Below, in pieces: positions 56,008 through 64,000 of a stretch of 64,000 bases of DNA. The stretch is from Bacteroidota bacterium (GTDB lineage: Bacteria > Bacteroidota > Bacteroidia > NS11-12g > UBA955), in NCBI GenBank assembly GCA_041192805.1, contig JBEEMF010000101.1, positions 8,096-72,095 of the forward strand, given 5' to 3'. Position numbers and translations under genes: made by a program. Below the pieces are notes generated by a model. That model did not search any database and had not been told where the DNA came from. It was given only the letters and a program-made list of their open reading frames with translations. The first letter of the stretch is position 1. Each line of letters begins with the position of its first letter.

Positions 56008-58782
56008 ATGAAAAAATCATCCCTTTTGTTTGGATTCTTTGCAACATTTACCCTCGCAGCGCAATCCCAAAACAACCCCAGCGTGAATACTAACTCATCA
56101 GATTCCATCGAAAAACCGATGGACGAAGTGGTGGTCATAGGCTATGCCACAGCAAAAAAGAAAGACCTTACCGGTGCGATGTCGTCAATAAAAGGCAGTG
56201 AACTCGCTGCACAACCCGTTCTAACAGCCACCCAAGCACTTCAATCCAAAATGGCCGGTGTACAAATCACCAACTCGGGCGCACCCGGTTCTTCACCCAA
56301 CGTGAGAATTCGTGGAACCGGCTCGGTAATCGGTGGCGCAGAGCCCCTTTACGTTGTGGATGGAGTAATCACAGACGACATTCGAAACATCAATACGGCA
56401 GACATCTTGTCCATTGATGTGCTCAAAGACGCTTCCTCCACGGCCATTTACGGTGTGCGTGCAGCTAACGGTGTGATCCTCATCACCACCAAACGCGGCG
56501 GATCTGGCAAACCAAAACTCTCCTACGACGGTTACGCAGGCGTTAAAATGATGGCCAACAAAATCGCCATGGCCCGCCCTGGAACTTTCTCCAATTACTC
56601 CAACGAAGCCGCCGGCACCAATGCCATTTTGAAATCTGATATCAACGGCGAAACCGATTGGTTCGAAACCCTCACCCGCCCTGGCAACATGAACAACCAC
56701 AACCTGAGCATGAGCGGCGGCTCAGAATCTACCTCATACCTGTTCTCGGTGAACTATTTCAATGAAAATGGAATCCTGAAAGACAATAACTACGAACGTG
56801 TATCAATCCGCTCCAACAACGAATACAGAATCTCCGATCGGTTGAAATTCGGAAACAACATCTCCCTCTCACGCTGGAACTCAAACAATAAACCTTTCAG
56901 CTTATTCACAGACGCCTATAATGCCGCACCCATATATAACGCTAAAAATGAAGATGGTACCTACGGCTTTACCACGCTGAGCGATGTGGGCAACCCCCTG
57001 GCAAAACTCGAATATACCGATGATAAAACTTGGGGCAATCGCTTCATGGGCAACTTCTTCACAGACATCCACCTAAAGAAAAACCTGAAATTTAGAAGTT
57101 CTTACGGGCTTGATTACGACAACAGTAGGGGCGCCAACTACCAACAGAGATTTCGCGTTTCTCCCACCCAAAAATACGATACCACCACTCTCACACAGAG
57201 CGAAACGGAGCGATACCGATGGATCTGGGACAATACCCTCACTTATTCACCCACCCTCAAAAAAGGAGACGGTATGCAAATTTTGGCGGGTCACACTGCA
57301 GAGCGATATGACGGTTTTGAGCAATCTTTCCGATTAGACGGCGTGCCCTCAGGCAAACAATACCGATACCTAAATACGGGAAGAGACCCCATCCAAGGCA
57401 TCATCAATTACCAAAGACCCATCGCCGACTACGGCCGAAGAGAATCATACTTGGGACGTGTGAGCTACAACTACCAAAGCAAATACATGCTTAATGCTTC
57501 TTTTAGAAGGGACGGATCATCCAAATTCCCGATCCAAAATCGCTGGGGCAATTTCCCATCAGTGGGTTTGGGATGGATGGTGAGCAACGAGAACTTTATG
57601 AAGAATTTTCGCACCATCACCTCTCTCAAAGTAAGGGGCAGTTGGGGCAGAGTGGGCAATGACCGCATCAATCCTTCCGAATTTGTAACGTTGTTGAGCA
57701 CAGGCCTCAGCGCAGTTTTTGGCGATCAAGTGGTTTTTGGATCTACTATCGCCGAAATCAAAGACCCCAACCTCAAATGGGAAACCACCGAAGAGATCGA
57801 TTTGGGTATTGATTTCGAGGCGATGAACGGACACATTGCAGGCGTAATTGATATTTACAACAAAAAAACCATTGGCGCATTGTTCAACATCCCACTGCCC
57901 GGTGGATTGGGCGATAACAACAACTCCATGCTCACCAATGCCGCCGATATCCTGAACCGAGGTCTTGAAGTTTCGCTTCGATACAACAAGAACAGCAAAG
58001 GCAAATTCAATTACAGCTTGGGTGTGAATGCCACCTTCAACCACAACGAAGTATTGGGACTCGGCAATGGTTTGCCCACAAATTTTGGCAGCTTGCGAAA
58101 CGGAGAATTTGCAACACGCGTGGCCACCGGACAAGCCATCGGAAGTTTCTGGGTATACGAAACCCAAGGCGTTTTCCAAACCCAAGCAGAAGTAGACGCA
58201 GTGCCGCATTTCTTGGGAACTCAACCCGGCGATTTCAAAGTCATCGACCAAAACAAAGATGGCAAAATCAATGATTTAGACAGGATTTACTTAGGATCTT
58301 ACCAACCCAAGTGCTTCATGGGAATGAACGGCAGTTTCAAATATTCCAATTGGGATCTAAATATCGACCTGTTGGGGAACTTTGGAAACAAAGTCTTCAA
58401 TGGCAAGAAAACCGTGAGATACGGAGGCAATTACAACATCGAAAAAGCCGTGGCCGATGCCCGTTGGACCCCCACTAACGGAACCAACACCGCACCCCGC
58501 GCCTTCAACGGCGTGCCCAAACCTACAGATTATTTCGTGGAAAGCGGAAGCTTCGTGCGACTCAACAACCTAACTATAGGGTACAACCTACCTGCCAAAA
58601 TCGCCAAAAAATCCAAAGTACAAGGCTATAGGTTCTTTGTCACCGCACAGAACGCATTCACTTGGAAAAAATTCAGCGGATTCAGCGCAGAACTGCCCGG
58701 CAATCCCGCCGATGCAGGTATCGAACTCGATATTTATCCAACATCATCCACCTTCCTCACCGGTTTGTCTATCCAATTCTAA
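56008..58782 (+). CDS. SusC/RagA family TonB-dependent transporter
   Basis: EVVVIGY, IRGTGS..PLYVVDG, VLKDASSTAIYGVRAANGVILITTKRG, FRRDGSSKF and LKWETT. Confidence 0.95.
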   Translation: MKKSSLLFGFFATFTLAAQSQNNPSVNTNSSDSIEKPMDEVVVIGYATAKKKDLTGAMSSIKGSELAAQPVLTATQALQSKMAGVQITNSGAPGSSPNVRIRGTGSVIGGAEPLYVVDGVITDDIRNINTADILSIDVLKDASSTAIYGVRAANGVILITTKRGGSGKPKLSYDGYAGVKMMANKIAMARPGTFSNYSNEAAGTNAILKSDINGETDWFETLTRPGNMNNHNLSMSGGSESTSYLFSVNYFNENGILKDNNYERVSIRSNNEYRISDRLKFGNNISLSRWNSNNKPFSLFTDAYNAAPIYNAKNEDGTYGFTTLSDVGNPLAKLEYTDDKTWGNRFMGNFFTDIHLKKNLKFRSSYGLDYDNSRGANYQQRFRVSPTQKYDTTTLTQSETERYRWIWDNTLTYSPTLKKGDGMQILAGHTAERYDGFEQSFRLDGVPSGKQYRYLNTGRDPIQGIINYQRPIADYGRRESYLGRVSYNYQSKYMLNASFRRDGSSKFPIQNRWGNFPSVGLGWMVSNENFMKNFRTITSLKVRGSWGRVGNDRINPSEFVTLLSTGLSAVFGDQVVFGSTIAEIKDPNLKWETTEEIDLGIDFEAMNGHIAGVIDIYNKKTIGALFNIPLPGGLGDNNNSMLTNAADILNRGLEVSLRYNKNSKGKFNYSLGVNATFNHNEVLGLGNGLPTNFGSLRNGEFATRVATGQAIGSFWVYETQGVFQTQAEVDAVPHFLGTQPGDFKVIDQNKDGKINDLDRIYLGSYQPKCFMGMNGSFKYSNWDLNIDLLGNFGNKVFNGKKTVRYGGNYNIEKAVADARWTPTNGTNTAPRAFNGVPKPTDYFVESGSFVRLNNLTIGYNLPAKIAKKSKVQGYRFFVTAQNAFTWKKFSGFSAELPGNPADAGIELDIYPTSSTFLTGLSIQF

Positions 58783-58800
58783 CCCAAGCAATCACAAAGT

Positions 58801-60285
58801 ATGAAAAAACATTTCAACACGGCGAAAACCTTCACCTTGGGCGCAATGGCCATCTGCACCCTCAGCATGACCATGATGGGATGCAGGAAAGACTTCCTCA
58901 ATGAAACCCCCAGGGTACAAACCCCAGACGACTACTTTAATTCCAATACCAACGCGGCACAAGAATTGGTTACCGCCATCTACTCCAAACTGTACGATTG
59001 GCAGCAACACGGATTTTCGTGGATAGGCATTACATCCATCGCCTCAGATGAAGGGGAAAAAGGCAGCGATCCGGGTGATACTGGATCAGACAAAGACCAA
59101 ATGGACAACCTCAGTTGGTCGCCCACCGCCATCAGCTTTGGCGAAGTGTGGGAATCCAATTTCGAAGGTATCGCCAGGGCAAACAAAGCCATTGATTTAC
59201 TACCAACGATCGACATTGGTGCCGCCCAAAGAGATCAACTCATTGGTGAATCTCGCCTTTTGCGAGCCTATTTCTACTGGAACCTCGTAAGAAGTTTCGG
59301 CGGGGTACCACTAATCCCCAAAGTGCCAAAGACCGCAGCAGAAATCGAAGCACTCAATTATAGGGCTACTGCGGACCAAATTTACGATTTCATTGATGCC
59401 GACCTAGAATTTGCCGCGGCAACACTGCCTGCGTCACAGCTATCTGCTCAAACCGGACGAGTTACATCCGGTGCGGCAAAAGCCCTGTTGGCAAAATCGT
59501 CGCTGTACCGCAAACGCTATGGCAAGGCAGAATCACTCTGCGCCGAAATCATCGCTTCAAATACCTACTCATTGTATGCCGATTACAGCAAACTCTTCCG
59601 CGAAGTGGGTGAATTTTGCAGCGAATCCATCTGGGAAATTAATTGCAAAAGCACAGCACCCGCCAAGGCCATCGAAGGCTACTTCGTGGTTCAAGCACCC
59701 CGTGGAACAGGGGGTTTAGGGTGGGGATTCAATACGCCAACAGCCACGCTCATTGCGGCATTTGAAACGGGCGATGTAAGGAAAACGTCTACTTTCTTCT
59801 CTCGGGGCGATGTGCTTTGGGATGGATATGTTTGCAACAATGCAGCACCCAATGCATACTACAACTACAAAAGCTATGTATCCCAAACCATGGAAAGTTG
59901 GGGAAACAACGATTGGCTCGCCAACAAGAATTTACGCGTTTTACGCTATGCCGATGTGCTATTGATTCACGCCGAAGTCGCCAACGAAAATGGTAAAACC
60001 GCCGACGCCATTAAATCACTCAATTTAGTGCGCACCCGTGCAGGCCTTCCCAATACCACCGCCACCTCGCAGGCCGAAGTTCGCGAGGCCATCTACAAAG
60101 AACGATTTGTAGAGTTTGCCATGGAACACGATCGCGTGTTTGATCTGCGCCGACAAGGTAGAGCCGGTTCTGTGATGAGAACCCATGGTAAAAACTACAT
60201 TGACGGGGTACATGATTTGTATCCCATTCCTCAGCGACAAATCGACCTCAGTGGTGGTAAAATGACGCAAAACCCCGGATATTAA
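58801..60285 (+). CDS. RagB/SusD family nutrient-binding lipoprotein
   Basis: Lipobox MMG-C-RKDFL; LRAYFYWNLVRSFGGVP; RYADVLL..AE; ER..E.A.E..R.FDL.R; YPIPQ..QNPGY. Confidence 0.95.
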   Translation: MKKHFNTAKTFTLGAMAICTLSMTMMGCRKDFLNETPRVQTPDDYFNSNTNAAQELVTAIYSKLYDWQQHGFSWIGITSIASDEGEKGSDPGDTGSDKDQMDNLSWSPTAISFGEVWESNFEGIARANKAIDLLPTIDIGAAQRDQLIGESRLLRAYFYWNLVRSFGGVPLIPKVPKTAAEIEALNYRATADQIYDFIDADLEFAAATLPASQLSAQTGRVTSGAAKALLAKSSLYRKRYGKAESLCAEIIASNTYSLYADYSKLFREVGEFCSESIWEINCKSTAPAKAIEGYFVVQAPRGTGGLGWGFNTPTATLIAAFETGDVRKTSTFFSRGDVLWDGYVCNNAAPNAYYNYKSYVSQTMESWGNNDWLANKNLRVLRYADVLLIHAEVANENGKTADAIKSLNLVRTRAGLPNTTATSQAEVREAIYKERFVEFAMEHDRVFDLRRQGRAGSVMRTHGKNYIDGVHDLYPIPQRQIDLSGGKMTQNPGY

Positions 60286-60312
60286 AAAAACAAACCCTAA
60301 TATTGTATCAAA

Positions 60313-61197
60313 ATGAAAAAAATGAAATTATTCCCATTGGCAGTGCTGTTAGCAGCCTCTGCCCTCACATTTACCTTTACCTCTTGCGACGAAGACAACG
60401 ACGACGAAGACAACAATGCCAGCGGCTACAAAGCCTCTGACGAAGTGGCCTCTACCAACTTGGTTGCCAAGTTTTCATTCGAAAACAACGTAGATGATAC
60501 CAAAGGCAACATCACTGGCGGTACATCATCTGGAACTAGCTTCATCGCCGGTGCCAAAGGCCAAGCCTGGAAAGGCAATACCAACGGCTACGTGTTGTAT
60601 ACCGGTGTAAGCTCTGCCATCAGTGGCTTGCAATCTGTAACCATCTCTTCTTGGGTGAAAACCTCTGCCCATAACGATGGTGCTGAATCTTGGTTCCAAT
60701 TGTTGAACGATTCTAACTGGATCGGCAACTTATTCATTTTACAGGAGAACGGTGCCGCTGGCAGTGATTCTATACGCATCAAATTTACTATGAATAGTTG
60801 GAACGCAACTGCATGGAAGGAACAATGGACCGAATTGGGTGGTGAAAACCGCATCAAAATTGGCAACGATGAATGGCACCATGTGGTTTGCTCTTACGAT
60901 GCAGCTACCTCAAAGTTGGCTGTTTACGTGGATGGCGCCAAGCGCAATTTGCCTGCCAACGTAACCGACAAATACCAAGACGACCCCACCAAAGGTGGCG
61001 CTCCATTGGGCAACTTGGCGTTCAAGAATGCCACCAAATTCGTTTTTGGCTGCTACAAACAAAACTTGCCAGGTGGTGCTCCAGATAGTTGGATGAAGAA
61101 CTACGATGGTGGCTTGGATGAATTCCGTATCTACAGCAAAGCATTGGCCGATGCCGATGTAAAAGCCTTGTACGACTTGGAAAAAGCCGGAAAATAA
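60313..61197 (+). CDS. LamG/ConA-like domain surface lipoprotein
   Basis: Lipobox FTS-C-DEDNDD (acidic export-signal-like); WHHVVCSYD..YVDG; GGLDEFRIY. Confidence 0.85.
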   Translation: MKKMKLFPLAVLLAASALTFTFTSCDEDNDDEDNNASGYKASDEVASTNLVAKFSFENNVDDTKGNITGGTSSGTSFIAGAKGQAWKGNTNGYVLYTGVSSAISGLQSVTISSWVKTSAHNDGAESWFQLLNDSNWIGNLFILQENGAAGSDSIRIKFTMNSWNATAWKEQWTELGGENRIKIGNDEWHHVVCSYDAATSKLAVYVDGAKRNLPANVTDKYQDDPTKGGAPLGNLAFKNATKFVFGCYKQNLPGGAPDSWMKNYDGGLDEFRIYSKALADADVKALYDLEKAGK

Positions 61198-61220
61198 TCA
61201 TACCTCAACCCTTTTGCTTT

Positions 61221-61259
61221 GCGGGCCCATTCATTCCTTGAATGGGCCCGCTTTTTTTT
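61221..61259 (+). terminator. Intrinsic terminator inside the PUL
   Basis: GCGGGCCCATTCA-TTCCT-TGAATGGGCCCGC followed by TTTTTTTT. Confidence 0.9.
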
Positions 61260-61325
61260 GGAAAAAATTTGCCCCGGAATGCCATAAAACAAGGGAGTTT
61301 TCGTAATTTAGAATCTTCAAACATC

Positions 61326-62999
61326 ATGGTATTTTTCCGTCGCTTCGCTCCCCTTCTTTTCGCATTATCTATGGCAATATTCACGGCTTCCTGCGAGAAG
61401 GAAACCCCACCACCAGCGGCCAAACCCAACGGCATCATGCTCACCGTGTTTCACATCAACGATGCCCCCACCAGCGGAAAATCCAACGGCATCCCCCTCA
61501 ACTCAACCTTTACCCTCTACTTCTCCAACGCCCTCGATACCCTCTCGGCCAAAGAGCACATCGCTGTGAAAGAAAAAGGCTACGACCCCATCGCCCTAAA
61601 TTACAAGTTCTTCAAAGGCGATAGCGCGGTAAAACTCATCCCCAAAACCACCCTAAAAACCGGCACCGGATATGTAGTCGCCATCAACACAGCCCTCAAA
61701 TCCAAAGTGGGCACAAACCCTGCCTACTATGTGGGCATCTCTGTGGGGACAATGATGGATACCACCGACAAATTTCCCCGCATCTCCGACGAAGCCCTGC
61801 TCGATAGCATCCAATACAATACCTTCCAATACTTCTGGAATTATGCCCACCCCAACAGCGGCCTCGCCCGTGAAAGAAATACCTCAGGCGACCTCGTTAC
61901 TTCTGGGGGCTCTGGTATGGGCATTATGGCCATCATCGCCGGCATCAACCGCGGATTCATCACACGCGCCCAAGGCCTCGCCCGCATCCAAAAAACGACC
62001 AACTTCCTCCAAAACACCGCCCAAACCTTCCACGGCGCCTACCCCCATTGGCTCGATGGAAACAACGGCAAAGTCATCCCCTTCTCTAGCGATGACAACG
62101 GGGGCGACCTCGTAGAAACCTCCTACCTCATCCAAGGGCTACTCACCGCAAGGGCCTATTTCGATCAATCCAGTACCGATGAAACCCAACTTCGCAGCAA
62201 TATCACTGCCATTTGGGAAAACGTAGAATGGGATTGGTACACCAAAAGCAATAGCGGTTCGCTCTACTGGCACTGGAGCCCATCGCTCGGTTGGAAAATG
62301 AACATGACCATCCGCGGATGGAACGAATGCCTCATCACTTACGTACTCGCAGCAAGCAGTCCCACCCACCCCATCAACCTATCCACCTATCAAAAAGGAT
62401 GGGCCAACAACGGTAGCATGAAAAACGGTAGCAGCTTCTATGGATTTCAATTGCCCCTGGGCGAAAACCTCGGCGGACCGCTATTCTTCTCACACTATAG
62501 TTTCCTTGGATTAGACCCTCGTGGACTCAGCGACGCCTATGCCAACTACGAAACCCAAACCACCAACCACAGTAAAATCAACCACGCCTACTGCAAAGCC
62601 AATCCGCGACAGCATTATGGCTATTCTGATCAGTGTTGGGGACTCACCGCGTCCGACAACAATTCGGGTTACAGCGCGCATTCTCCCAGCAACGATCTCG
62701 GCGTAATATCGCCCACAGCGGCACTCAGCTCCATGCCATATACCCCCACCGAATCCATGAAAGCCGCCCGCTTTTTCTATTACAAACTGGGCGATAAAAT
62801 ATGGAGAACCCAAGGCTTCACCGATGCCTTCAATCTCAATGTGGGCTGGTTCGCCACCTCCTTCTTGGCCATCGACCAAGGTCCGATTGTGGTGATGATC
62901 GAAAACCACCGCTCTCAACTGCTTTGGAAGACATTTACATCAGACACTGAAGTGAAAGCCGGACTCAAAAAACTCCAATTCACGGCCCCCTACCTGTAA
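61326..62999 (+). CDS. GH144-like ('glucoamylase family') endo-beta-1,2-glucanase-type lipoprotein with an N-terminal Ig-like domain
   Basis: Lipobox TAS-C-EKE; SGLARER, SGGSG, GGDLVET, GWNE, GGPLFFSHYS, WGLTAS and AIDQGP; start taken at MVFFRR. Confidence 0.85.
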   Translation: MVFFRRFAPLLFALSMAIFTASCEKETPPPAAKPNGIMLTVFHINDAPTSGKSNGIPLNSTFTLYFSNALDTLSAKEHIAVKEKGYDPIALNYKFFKGDSAVKLIPKTTLKTGTGYVVAINTALKSKVGTNPAYYVGISVGTMMDTTDKFPRISDEALLDSIQYNTFQYFWNYAHPNSGLARERNTSGDLVTSGGSGMGIMAIIAGINRGFITRAQGLARIQKTTNFLQNTAQTFHGAYPHWLDGNNGKVIPFSSDDNGGDLVETSYLIQGLLTARAYFDQSSTDETQLRSNITAIWENVEWDWYTKSNSGSLYWHWSPSLGWKMNMTIRGWNECLITYVLAASSPTHPINLSTYQKGWANNGSMKNGSSFYGFQLPLGENLGGPLFFSHYSFLGLDPRGLSDAYANYETQTTNHSKINHAYCKANPRQHYGYSDQCWGLTASDNNSGYSAHSPSNDLGVISPTAALSSMPYTPTESMKAARFFYYKLGDKIWRTQGFTDAFNLNVGWFATSFLAIDQGPIVVMIENHRSQLLWKTFTSDTEVKAGLKKLQFTAPYL

Positions 63000-63006
63000 T
63001 TTCACC

Positions 63007-64000
63007 ATGGCCCAAACTCGTTATAAACAAATAAACCACCCAGGTTCCCCCAAACAACCGTTGGCGCGGACTACACCCAAATTATTCCGGGCCATCGCCT
63101 CAGCCCTTTTGCTGTTCGGAAGCTGTTGCCAAATTCAAGCGTTTTCAACCACACCGCCCAACCCCATCCAAGATAGCATCCTCATGGATTCTGTCCAAAA
63201 ACAAACCATTCAATACTTCTGGCAATTTGCCCACCCCACCTCTGGATTGGCCCGGGAACGCAGCAACGTCGCCTACGATTATGGCAACGAAGTAGTCACT
63301 ACCGGCGGATCCGGCATGGGCTTTATGGCGCTCATCGTGGGTGTAGAACGCGGATGGCTAAAGCGCGAAGAAGTGGTCGCCCACCTACTCAAATCCTTGA
63401 AATTCTTAGCTAAAGCCGACCACTACCACGGCATCTTCCCACACTGGCTCAACGGCGAAACCGGAAATACTATTCCCTTTTCCCGTAAAGACGATGGCGG
63501 GGATTTAGTAGAATCAGCCTACCTCTTCCAAGGATTACTCTGCGCACGGGCTTATTTCAATCAAACATCAGCCCAAGAAACAGAACTCCGCAATCGCATT
63601 ACGTGGCTCTGGAGTGACTGCGAATGGAACTGGTATACCCAAAACCAAAACACCCTCTATTGGCATTGGAGTCCCAACAACGGCTGGAGCATGAAGCACA
63701 AAATTCAAGGTTGGAATGAATGCCTCATCGCCTACGTCATGGCTGCATCCCACCCCCGCTTCGCCATCTCCCCCAAAGTCTATCACAAAGGATGGACCGC
63801 CGGCAACCACTTCAAAAATGGCAAAACCTACCTCGATGTCACTCTCCCGCTGGGCTTCGATTACGGTGGACCGCTCTTCTTCTCACACTATAGCTTTTTG
63901 GGTTTGAATCCCATCGGACTCAAAGACCGATACGCCAATTATTTCGAGCAAAATGTGGCCCATACCCTCATCAATTACAAACACTGTCAAGAAAATACTC
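63007..64000 (+). CDS. Second GH144-like ('glucoamylase family') protein (partial; runs off the window end)
   Basis: Manual translation: ...QYFWQFAHPTSGLARERSN..TTGGSGMG..HGIFPHW..DGGDLVES..GWNECLI..GGPLFFSHYSF. Confidence 0.85.
   Translation, partial: MAQTRYKQINHPGSPKQPLARTTPKLFRAIASALLLFGSCCQIQAFSTTPPNPIQDSILMDSVQKQTIQYFWQFAHPTSGLARERSNVAYDYGNEVVTTGGSGMGFMALIVGVERGWLKREEVVAHLLKSLKFLAKADHYHGIFPHWLNGETGNTIPFSRKDDGGDLVESAYLFQGLLCARAYFNQTSAQETELRNRITWLWSDCEWNWYTQNQNTLYWHWSPNNGWSMKHKIQGWNECLIAYVMAASHPRFAISPKVYHKGWTAGNHFKNGKTYLDVTLPLGFDYGGPLFFSHYSFLGLNPIGLKDRYANYFEQNVAHTLINYKHCQENT

Overview
A 64 kb window of a Bacteroidota chromosome. The assignment rests on T9SS C-terminal domains, a SusC/SusD pair, repeated TAnnTTTG -7 promoter elements, an IDR-bearing Rho and typical Bacteroidota gene order. 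Positions 1-38.7 kb are mostly core genes: holA, hup, aroK, a UvrD-like helicase-nuclease, rnc-fabF-acpP, pyk, kmo, a FecA-like TonB receptor, murA and rho. At 38.8-42.8 kb is an uncharacterised six-gene operon: OB-fold membrane protein, YceI, di-heme and mono-heme c-type cytochrome lipoproteins, and two tandem DUF5777-like beta-barrels. It looks like a minimal porin-cytochrome/quinone-shuttle module and is the best candidate for an undescribed system. After tRNA-Cys (44.7 kb) the region looks accessory. It holds a T9SS-secreted PNGase F-like enzyme split by a LamG domain, a crtA-like/methyltransferase/YqjF operon, a 151-bp IS21-like MITE and a secreted protein with seven 189-bp RCC1 repeats. 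It ends in a SusC/SusD/LamG/GH144-like PUL that runs off the window. No CRISPR array, integrase, transposase or reverse transcriptase was seen. All family assignments come from motif recognition by eye, not database searches.
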